Below are positions 12,257 to 21,815 of a stretch of 64,000 bases of DNA, in pieces. The stretch's first letter is position 1. Each line of letters starts with the position of its first letter. This stretch comes from Heptranchias perlo (Eukaryota), in contig NC_090337.1 of NCBI RefSeq assembly GCF_035084215.1, positions 37,386,001 through 37,450,000 of the forward strand, in the 5' to 3' direction. The notes under the pieces were generated by a model. That model was not told where the DNA came from. It made no database searches and saw only the letters and a program-made list of their open reading frames with translations. A program made the translations under genes and the position numbers.

Positions 12257-13529
12257 TGCAGTTATATAAGGTATTGGTGAGACCGCACCTGGAATACTGC
12301 ATACAGTTTTGGTGTCCATGCTTAAGAAAAGACATACTTGCTCTCGAGGCAGTACAAAGAAGGTTCTGGGGATGAGAGGGCGGACATATGAGGAGAGGTT
12401 GAGTAGATTGGGACTCTACTCATTGGAGTTCAGAAGAATGAGAGGCGATCTTATTGAAACATATAAGATTGTGAAGGGGCTTGATCGGGTGGATGCGGTA
12501 AGGATGTTCCCAAGGATGGGTGAAACTAGAACTAGGGGGCATAATCTTAGAATAAGGGGCTGCTCTTTCAAAACTGAGATGAGGAGAAACTTCTTCACTC
12601 AGAGGGTAGTAGGTCTGTGGAATTTGCTGCCCCAGGAAGCTACATCATTAAATACATTTAAAACGGAAATCGACAGTTTCCTAGAAGTAAAGGGAATTAG
12701 GGGTTACGGGGAGCGGGCAGGAAATTGGACATGAATTTAGATTTGAGATTAGGATCAGATCAGCCATGATCTTATTGAATGGCGGAGCAGGCTCGAGGGG
12801 CCGATTGGCCTACTCCTGCTCCTATTTCTTATGTTCTAATACAAGACATTTACTAAAATTATGTTGTTGCATGGCATTCACCAGCTTAAATCTACATTTT
12901 GTAAATATAATTTAGCTTTCCATTAATAAAACAATGATATTGCGCACAAACCCCTCTCCAGGACTTGGCACCAAAATTTGCTTAAAGCTTGCAAAGCTCA
13001 AGTCAACAATAGATAACCAATCATTTCAATCAAATGGTAAGCAAATACATGGAATGCTGCCACAATGGCTATGCACGTTATGAAGTATGAAGTTAAAAGT
13101 ACAGTGGAACTTTAATTACACCCCATAAAGGGGACCACCCATATGGTTAATAGAAATTAGCAAATATTAAAATCTCCAAATTTGGTCCTGCGGGGATGGT
13201 ACTGTAATAACCTAAACTCATGAATGAAGACAAGTGCAAAACAATTGACATTAATTAAATTTCATCTTTCCTTGAGCTGGAAGATTGATTTCTTTCAGGC
13301 ACAGAATTAGTGTTAATGGGTTTTGCAATTAGGCAACATTTCACATAAGATTTTTATCTTGAAGATTATGGCAAGTAATTGGAATGCAGATAATTGAGAA
13401 TCCACTATGTGTGAAAATGTGGAATCATCTAGTTACCAAATATCAAAAAGTTAGTACCAAATCATGATCCTTTTATCACAAAGTTACACAATGGGTAAAA
13501 GAAGTATTGCTTGGCCTGTCTGTAGTCAG

Positions 13530-13900
13530 AAGCTCCTTACTGGCCCAGTGGGTAGAGGTATTGTACGACGTACCACGAAGCCATACAGAATGGGAGATCC
13601 TAGGTTTGATCCCCTGCCTGTGCTGAGGTAGCTGATCTAAGCTGGGGCGATAATTGGGGCATTATAAATTAGCCTTAGCACCCCTAGACTCAGGACATTA
13701 ACAACAAAAAAACCACAATGTGCAAGAGTTCACACTCCTTATTGTTATCCAGTGACCGCTGCTGCAATACACGTGCGCCTGGACATTGGGCGAGAACAGA
13801 ATTGGCTCGGCTGTGATATTCTCCTACATTGGCCATCTAGGCTCACACTTGAAAAAAAATCATTTGAGCAAGTTACTGAAGTGCTTACAACATCAGTGAA
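13530..13900 (+). mobile_element. Ancient tRNA-head SINE (MER131-like)
   Basis: A-box-like tggcccagtggg and B-box-like ggtttgatcc, then tgtgctgaggtagctgatctaagctgggg...tatccagtgacc...ggctcggctgtgat...ctaggctcacac. Family name is from memory of the consensus. Confidence 0.6.
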
Positions 13901-15012
13901 ATTGTATTGTAGCATCTTCAGCAATAAAAGAGGAAAGAAAAAGAAAAAAAATGCACTAAAACCTTTTTACATAAAGAAATGCTTTCGTTGTCCAATGTTA
14001 AACAACTTACAGAAAATAAAATAATTAAGTCTTCTGGATGCAGACCATCAACCATGCAGCACTTCTGAGAATCTTGCATTTCAAAGAGAATTCAGTGGCA
14101 CAGTGTAAGACTATGTTAAATCCATTAAAAATGTTGCTACAAGTGGGGTTACTGTTAGTCCCTGGTAAAAACCTTTGCAAGGGCAGGAAAAGATACAAAA
14201 ATACAGCTTCCAGATTGTAGGTAACAAAGATTTGTTCACAAGCAGCATAGATAAGAGAGTATTTGGAGATAAGACAATGCTAAAATCCCAAAAACTAAAC
14301 CCACCATGCATGTGCACAACACTACAGTAATTAATACTGGTTATAAACTTGCTGCTGTAAAATGCTACAAATAAGTATTCCAGTCCTATCTTCTTACATT
14401 AAAATGGCTTAAAACAATATTGAAGTATACACTATTAAAGTAGAAGATACATTTTTTTTGAGGTGCTAGACATTTGCTGATATCATCTTTAAAGCAACAA
14501 CCAAACAAAAATTATACACCACCAGAATTTGCCCAAGGACATTAATTTTCTATTCCATTAGATAAAATGCAATTATACTTGGTTTGGGTTGGCAGAAATT
14601 ACTCAAAAATCAGTAAACTAAATTATAACCCTCTTCACTCGATATTGTTGCTTCACCCAGACAGATTATTTCAGTTTTTAAACTGAAGCTCACGTGCACA
14701 AGTTACCAACTAATAAGAATCTAGTCAAATGTAAAAGTCCAATCTAGAAAATGCAACTAAAAAGGTCCCAAAGTGGACATGAGTGATAGTTTTCCAAAAA
14801 CTACATCAATAGAAATTTTATCAAGATTTTGTTGTTTTGAAACATAAAATTAGCTGAGTGAACAGTTTCCACTTAGATTCTCGCCAAGTTTGAAATTCCA
14901 GATATTAAACAGATTTCCTTAATTTTAAGACAAATCTGAAGTGCACAGGTATTAGGCCAATGTGAACTATTGCAGGCAGGAGGAATTTACTCCAAAGGTC
15001 ACCAAAACCTAC

Positions 15013-15108
15013 CATAATTACAATAGATTTTATAAACCGTTGACCCAACTTGCTATTAGGTGCGCTTTCCTTCACCATCATCAAAAGAACTTCCATTTCT
15101 TTAACTGT
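15013..15108 (-). CDS. ECT2: ECT2 coding exon 3 (in-frame cassette-type exon, 32 aa)
   Basis: TVKEMEVLLMMVKESAPNSKLGQRFIKSIVIM vs human TIKIMEVPVIKIKESCPGKSDEKLIKSVINM. cag|...|gtagg, 96 nt, phase 0/0. Confidence 0.85.
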
Positions 15109-15976
15109 CTGTGAAGTAACAAGAGTTGATATAAAAAAGTAAAGCACTAGTTTTGGAAGCCAAAGAGCTCCATTTACTGCTGTATTGCAGCTTTATATTA
15201 CAATATCTTATTTGGCAATTTTTTTGCATGAATACTAGATGAGGGCAGAGTCAGGTACAACAATAATGCCTGCCACTTTTCCCCCTCTTGGGTTACATAG
15301 CCCACTAACGCTCACAGTTCAGACCCTCATTAGTAATGGCCACTTGAGGTATCAGAGGGCCCCACTCAATCAACCATATCTTCACATGAGTTTTGCCTTT
15401 GGGAAGGCACAGAAAGAGAGGAGAGAAAAATTAATTTTTCAGAGAACCAATAAAAAAGTTAAAGGGGAAAACAAAACACTATTCCTCTAAATTTAAAAGC
15501 CAGGAACTAGTTACATTGTGTAAAATGGGACTGCATTACAGTGAACCACTGAAATGTTCTACCACAGAAGATAACAAATACTGACTCAGTTTCACATCAA
15601 TAGTTCAGCTTTAGCCATTGCTTATGAAGCTGATGTTGGAGTTATGTACCAGACCTGCAAATTGAGACAGTAACAAAAAATATCACTTAGCTGAAAATAA
15701 CTTGCCAAAAATGTCTCAAATCTTCAAGCAAAATTGAGAAAATAAAACTTTCTATCGCTCTACTTTAAAGAGAAAAATGATACGATCTTCACCCAAAATT
15801 GTATCTTATGACCATTTTAGGAATGACAGGTGTTTTACTAATATGATTTACTATCATAGTAAGAGAACCAGACAATCATTTAAAATTAAAAAGACTCTTA
15901 ATACAACACACACCACTGACATCTACAGATGGAAAGAAGATGAAGGTGACTGAAGTTTTAAACCTGAAGTTATTAC

Positions 15977-16053
15977 CTCCAAGGCTTTCAGAATCTCTTC
16001 AGTGTTCCCAATTTTTCCCATTAACACAACTTTTGTTTGAATCCGAGGTACAC
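15977..16053 (-). CDS. ECT2: ECT2 coding exon 2
   Basis: (G)VPRIQTKVVLMGKIGNTEEILKALE vs human EMPQIETRVILVQEAGKQEELIKALK. tag|...|gtaata, 77 nt, phases compatible with neighbours. Confidence 0.92.
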
Positions 16054-16269
16054 CTAGAAAAGGAACCAAAAAATGTATAAACACGAATTGGTGTCCCATG
16101 GTATTGACTAAATGTAGTTTTCAAGTGAAGGCGGGTTAGAGGGCAATGAATAATTGGACTAGGGCATGCATACATAATTCAGTGCCCATTTCAAAGTCAC
16201 GCATTCTGTCCTTTTTTATTTCCACCATCAATTCCTTATGTCCATATTTATGATGCAAACTGCTAACTT

Positions 16270-16640
16270 AAACTTGACACTATAATTACACCTTTTGGCC
16301 AGTGGTGGAGAAAGCTTTAAACTATGTAGGGGCAAAGGAGGGGAGTATGTCAAAATGTGTGACAGAGACCAGCGGGACAATGGGCAGGGCAGTTATCCGA
16401 ATAAGAGTCCTGTACATGAAAGCACTTGGCATAAGAATTAAAACAAGTAGTTAGAAGCACAAATTAAGCTTAAAGGATATCATGTACTAGCCATTACAGA
16501 GACCTGACCACAAGTTGGGCCTGGTTTGGAACTAAATGTTCTACACTATAGGATCTATAGAAAGAACAGGGGAATTGGCAAAAAAGGGGATACAGCAATA
16601 TTAATAAAAGACACAATTACAGCAGTAGAAAGAAGGGATT
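16270..16640 (+). mobile_element. Highly decayed CR1 ORF1-end/endonuclease fragment
   Basis: gtactagccattacagagacc (VLAITET) followed by ELNV...YRIYRKNR remnants. Confidence 0.5.
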
Positions 16641-16805
16641 TAGACACACACACTTTACACTGTGACTAAGTTCTTGTTTGGGCAGGTGGGGGGAGGAGGT
16701 AGAAGAGATGGGCAAGGAAAAGAACAGAAATTCCCCTATAGACAGAGACCTGCAAGTAGGACATATTAATACAATAACTGATACCTCAGTTGCTTTACAA
16801 AGTTT

Positions 16806-16966
16806 AAACAGAAAATGCTGCAAATACACTGGTCAGTCAGCATCTGAAGAGAGAAAAGATGGATCTACACCCAAAATATTACCATATCTTTTCAGATACG
16901 GAGTGACCTGCTTGTTTATTTCCAACATTTTCTGATTTTATTTCGGATTTCCAACGTTTGCAGTTT
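16806..16966. repeat. Palindromic Penelope-derived short element (copy 1, decayed)
   Basis: aaacagaaaatgctg...cagcatctg at the left and cagatac...tgacctg...tccaacattttctg at the right form inverted arms shared with copies at 18372, 34955 and 38883. Confidence 0.6.
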
Positions 16967-17813
16967 ATTTTTACTCTGCTTTAGAGTCGCCTCCAGTAAC
17001 AACAGACTAAAGCCAGTGCAAAGTCACCAGGGCTTATTTTTTTTTGGGGAGGGATGCCCGTGACCTCGGGTTTCAATGTTGGGTCCACCATTTAGGATCT
17101 AGGCTAAAGGTCTTCAGAGAAAACGTCAGTCCGACTGAGATCAAAGTGAGGAAAAAACATCGTATATGCTCAGTTGTTTGTTGCTACTCAATCTACCCGG
17201 CAAAAACATTAAGAGGGTATACAAGATTGTCCTTTTAAGTAGCGGGTCACTCGCTTGAGGAAACCCTGGATCAGTCAACTGCCTTAACGCCACAGACACA
17301 TTCCCTACCCCCCACAAAAGTATTTAAGATATTTCTACAGGTGACTGCCCACATCTGCACTTTTCAGTTGGGAGTATTAAACTAGGAACACTGTAATCTG
17401 ACCTGGCTAAACACTCCATCCCAATGATGTAGTACTTATATACAACGAACGATGTTTCATTAACTGTCGCAGTTTTTTTCAATCTACATGAAATTGTACA
17501 TCCAGCATCAGCACAGGTCAGTTTCTCAATGTGTTTAACATGAACACTCCTTATTGTAAATATTTAAGTTACAGTCCGTGCTACAAGATTTACATCACCA
17601 ACAGGAATATTCAGGTAAAATCAGTAGTTGCATTAAAAAGAAATGCAGTTATAAAGATATTTTATTGTTCGAATAACCGGTGTCGTTCACTCGCCTCAAC
17701 CAATGCTGCAGTTTGTCTCTCTAACGGGTACCGGGAGATGGGGGTCGCAGAGTGAATGTTCCGTGACCGCTTTCAGAAGCGTAAACCGGAATCATACTGA
17801 AACACTCCGTTAC

Positions 17814-17943
17814 CTTCAACATGGTCCGATGCGGCCTCGGCGAACAGGAACTCCTTGGAGGAGTCGGCGAGTCTCGAATCGAATGCGGACGAGTCCACCA
17901 GGAGACTCCTGGCGCTGGCGGCCACTGCGGTCCACTCCGCCAT
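17814..17943 (-). CDS. ECT2: ECT2 first coding exon (ATG at 17943)
   Basis: MAEWTAVAASARSLLVDSSAFDSRLADSSKEFLFAEAASDHVE vs human MAENSVLTSTTGRTSLADSSIFDSKVTEISKENLL. Donor G|gtaacg, phase 1. Confidence 0.9.
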
Positions 17944-18034
17944 TGTAACACGGGCTGTGAAGAGCAGCTCCCCGCAAGACAAGGGTAACGGCTCGCTCAC
18001 AATTAAAGCGCCTTCCGATACAGCGAGCACTCAC

Positions 18035-18345
18035 AAACCGCGAGCCCACGGTCAGCGCTTTTTTTTAAAAAAAAGAAAGCCCGATTTAAATTTGGCCCTG
18101 ACGCGGGTTCAAACGGGTTTAGAACCTCGCCTTCCACTGTCCTCAACGGAAAATTCAAAATTCGATCCCCTCTCGTAAGCGCTTATCTGATTGGTCCAAA
18201 CTGATATCCTATTGAAAGTGCGAGCGGCTGCACCTGATTGGTTGTCACCGGGGAAACTAAGGTTCTAGAGTGTGTAATTGATTCTGACGACACCTGAACG
18301 ATGTCCGATGGCTCAGCGAACCATCATCTTGTCCTCGATTGGATA
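18035..18345 (-). promoter_or_regulatory. ECT2 promoter/5'UTR exon with CHR-like and CCAAT elements
   Basis: CpG-rich. Minus-strand TTTGAA at 18108-18113 and 18154-18159. CCAAT (plus ATTGG) at 18190-18194, 18237-18241 and 18338-18342. Candidate 80-nt 5'UTR intron 18034(GTGAGT)..17955(CAG). Confidence 0.65.
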
Positions 18346-18371
18346 AAGGTGATCCTTTGAGGGAGGTTCTG

Positions 18372-19297
18372 CAACAAAAGCAAAATACTGTGGATGCTGG
18401 AAATCTGAAATGAACACACGAAAATGCTGGGCAGCATCTGTGGGGAGGGGGAGGGCAAATCCGAGGACCTTCTGGTGGGTCTGCTCCTGGGCCTGGCCAT
18501 CCACAGGTTGGACGCGGCCCGTGGGGGCAGTCGCTCCGACTGTCTGCCTCTCTTCCGCGGTATGCTCCACGCCCAGGTGGCCCTGGAGAGGGAGCACGCG
18601 GTGTCTGCCAGTACATTTGAGGCTTCCCGTGACCGGTGGGTACCACAGGGGCTGGAGTGCATCCTGGATCGTTATAATAAAATTATTATTTGACTCTGTT
18701 ATTTGGTCTAGGATTTGTTGGAAATAAAACACACCCTAAACCACCACCCCCCCCCCTTATAAAAGGGGGACCTAAAACACAAAAAATATACTGCGGATGC
18801 TGGAAATCTGAAATGAACACATATGCTGGGCAGCATCTGTGGGGAGGGGGAGGGAAAATCCGAGGACCTTCTGTTGGGTCTGCTCCTGGGCCTGTCCATG
18901 GTGGTCATCCACAGGTTGGACGCGTGGGGGTGGTTGCTCTGGCTGCTTGTTTCTCTTCCCCGTCTTGGCCCTGGAGAAGGATGCTTGAGTTCTTCCCCGA
19001 TCAGTGGGCATCGATGTGTAGTGGATAGCGAAAAGAATATTATTATTTAACTTGATGGTTCCTTTCTTTGATATGATTTGGGTGTTTATTGTTTTTGCCC
19101 CTCTAAAAAGGGGGCACTTTTGTTAGATTTCTTTTATTTGCGTTGATGATACAAAGGCATCTGTGGCGTGAGAAACAGAGTTTAACGTGTCAGGTCGATG
19201 ACCTTTCATCAGAACTCTACCTGAAACGTAACTCTGTTTCTCTCTCCACAGATGCTGCCTGACCTGCTGAGTATTGCCAGCATTTTCTGTTTTTATT
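18372..19297 (+). mobile_element. Composite repeat: palindromic Penelope-derived element interrupted by a Tx1/L1-like LINE 3' end, with a tandem duplication
   Basis: Two units (~18372-18775, ~18778-19150), each made of the left arm plus EGKSEDLLVGLLLGL...LEREHAVS...RWVPQGLECI (Tx1-like ORF2 C-terminus). GCATCTGTGG at 18434, 18833 and 19157. Right half of the palindrome at 19157-19297. Confidence 0.7.
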
Positions 19298-19689
19298 AGT
19301 TAGGTTCTGATTTACCTAAGGTTAGTGACTGCTGATTGGACTATGTCAAGGTAAGAAGCGTCTGGTTGGATGATACTGCTTGCCTTAGAAACTTTATGAA
19401 GGAAAGACTAAACAGGCACCTGTAAGGATGCACTGGGTTTCCCCAGTGACATCAACTAAAAACCAAATAAATACACCCCCCTTATTAAAGGGGCACAACT
19501 AATAACAGAACTTAATCGTAAGAAAAAAAGGAAACTTTTCAAGCTAAATAACGTTATTCCTGTCATCCACCAAACACCCCAGTCCTGGTGGTGCCCACTG
19601 ATCACAGTAGGAACAGGAATGTGACTTCTTCAAATCAGGCCAAACAGGGTTCAGGAGAGGAAGAAGCAGAAGTGACATCCTCTTAGTCT

Positions 19690-20100
19690 TCAACAAGAAT
19701 GGACATCCGTTGTGTTCCTGGATGTGAAAAAAGTTTTTGACAATGATTTACCACAATGGACCGCATTATGCCATCTCTAGGTAAACAATTCCCAGTGAGC
19801 TGATTCAATAGATGACAAATTTCCTGCAAGAGCACTTAGTGTCAGGGTCAGCACAGCAATATTCTCCAGATTTTGCCCAATGCCAGGAGTTCCCCTGGGC
19901 TCAGTTTTCAGCCCACTCTTGTTCCACATTTATGTCACTAACACTCCAAAGCCAGAACAAAGGATTGGGACTTGCTTCCAGATTGCTGATACCATCACTG
20001 TTTCGATGTTCTCCATGGGTTCAGTGATAGCATTAGAAAAGCTCCACAGATGCCTGGATGATGTGAAGAATGGACAAACGAATGGAGAATTCTGCTGAAA
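19690..20100 (+). mobile_element. Decayed non-LTR reverse transcriptase fragment
   Basis: VVFLDVKKVFD and GVPLGSVFSPLLFHIYV remnants. Confidence 0.6.
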
Positions 20101-20689
20101 GCAGGACATAATTAAACTAGGGCACGCAGATGTAATTCAGTCCCCATTTTAATGTGTGTCAAATATAGATAGGCAGTTTCCATTATAAATGAGGAAACAG
20201 AAATTGATAATGGGAAAAATTGACAAAGTTAATGCAGATGCAAGATTTTTATTATATTACTTTTCGATCTCATATAGTGTTGTACACGGAGAGTCAAGAC
20301 CAAGTACAGCCGTGTGGCAAAAGTAGTCGTAGAGGGTATGGGATAACTGCACCACACCATGCCAACATAATTTATTCCCTATTTCAAAGTTACATATTCT
20401 GCTCTGACTATAAAAAAATTCTGATATTGTAATTCTATATTGTTAAATTTCTGAAATAAAACACCAACATCAATTTAGAAGTTTATTAACAAAGACCAAC
20501 AGCAATCATAAGTTAAAACAAATTATCATAATAAAATACAATCATCCAGGGGAAAAAATACTCCGTCAAAAATAAACAAATTCCCAAAAAGAAACACAAC
20601 AGTTCGAAAGGTATCTCTGTGTTAAATAATTAAGTCTCCAAATATCATAAAAGTTTTACCAAACTGTATAATGGGGCACAATTGTGTAT

Positions 20690-21070
20690 GCAACAAAGCT
20701 GGAACCCAGAAAACCTGTTGCAGTATTGAATGCCATGGCACAATAAGCGACCCATGCACAAACATTGGAGTAAGTAAAACCTGCGACCTCCACCACCGAG
20801 AAGGACTAGAGCGCCAGGTGCATAGGAGCACCATCACCTCCAAGTTCCCCTCCAAATCACACACTTGGACATATATCGCCATTCCTTCTTTATCACTGGG
20901 TCAAAATCATGGAACTTCCTACCTAACACTATTGTGCAAGCACCTTCATTATACAGAATGCAACGGTTCACAAAGGCCCACTACCACCTTCTCAAGGGTA
21001 ACTAGAGATGGGCAATAAATGCCGGCCTTGCCCGCGACGCCTACATCCCGAGAACGAATAAGAAAAATAA
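20690..21070 (+). mobile_element. CR1-like LINE 3' end
   Basis: cgacctccaccaccgagaaggactag...ggcaataaatgccggccttgcc...catccc...gaata followed by an A-rich tail. Confidence 0.6.
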
Positions 21071-21324
21071 CATATAAATCACCTTACTAATGTTGAAATA
21101 TACAGGCTTCACTGATATATCTGTAATACTGTTTACCTACAACTTTAAAAATGTGCTTAAGTTATAAATAACTTGTTCTTCCTTGCAAAAATCAAATTTC
21201 AGTTACTTATATTATACTAGTTTATCCCCTGTGGCCTTGCACATGGGGAGTAAAGACCAAGTGCAGAATTCAGATCAAACAGGATTATAGGATAATTGAA
21301 TTAGAGCAAGAACGGGGAGAGGGT

Positions 21325-21440
21325 AATTGTAAACAATTTTACAACACCAAGTTATAGTCCAGCAATTTTATTTTAAATTCACAAGCTTTCGGAGGCTTCC
21401 CCCTTCGTCAGGTGAACGATGTGAAATGAAATCCTCGAAA
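21325..21440 (-). mobile_element. Penelope-like 3' terminal fragment (related to 11886-12256)
   Basis: Minus strand reads tttaaaataaaattgctggactataacttggtgttgtaaaatt, matching 12210-12255. Confidence 0.75.
21377..21417 (-). ncRNA. Minimal type-I hammerhead ribozyme (second copy)
   Basis: GUUCAC-CUGACGA-A-GGGGG-AAG-CCUCC-GAAA-GCUU-GUGAAU, with intact core and stems. Confidence 0.8.
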
Positions 21441-21815
21441 ATGAGGGTAGGTAGAGGACAGAGGGGAGAGGGTAGGTAGAGGACAGAGGAAAAGCACAAG
21501 ACAGAGAAAGGGCAGGGGGAGGAGGGATGCAAAAGCATAGGAGGAGGTTGAGGAGAGATGTGGGGAATAAGGTGTAAAGAGGAAGGAGAGAGGGAAGGAA
21601 GGTGAGGAGAGAAGAGGGAGAAAGACAGGGAAAGGGGAGTAGGGGAGAGGGAGAAGAGGAGAGATGTAGGGGGAGGAGGCCAGGGACAGAGGAAGATGAG
21701 GGAAAAGAGGATGGAGGGGGAGGATAGGGTAGGAGAGAGGAGGGGCAGAGAGGAAGAGAAGGAAAGGAGAGGATAGAGGAGAGGGGGAGATGAGGAGGAT
21801 GGGGAAAGAAGGACA
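21441..21815 (+). repeat. Purine-rich (GA) low-complexity tract
   Basis: ~375 bp, strongly G/A-dominated, with a local repeat gagggtaggtagaggacagagg. Confidence 0.85.

Larger units (their letters stand above)
9950..12837 (+). mobile_element. 5'-truncated CR1 LINE (ORF2 only), with an internal deletion of the RT core and a nested Penelope-like insertion
   Basis: EN motifs YLNAPSIRNK, ITET, MGDFN, SDHN and RT motifs through WQPVA. The sequence jumps at ~11867 to EVLLQLY, losing GVPQGS and FADD. 3' tail cctactcctgctcctatttcttatgttct. Confidence 0.9.

Noticed and set aside
13530-13625. tRNA gene
   Set aside because: A/B-box-like motifs only; no cloverleaf, and it is the head of a SINE.
17773-18030. 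N-terminally extended ECT2 start (MLAVSEG...)
   Set aside because: It begins at a non-ATG codon inside a probable 5'UTR intron; homology starts at the ATG at 17943.
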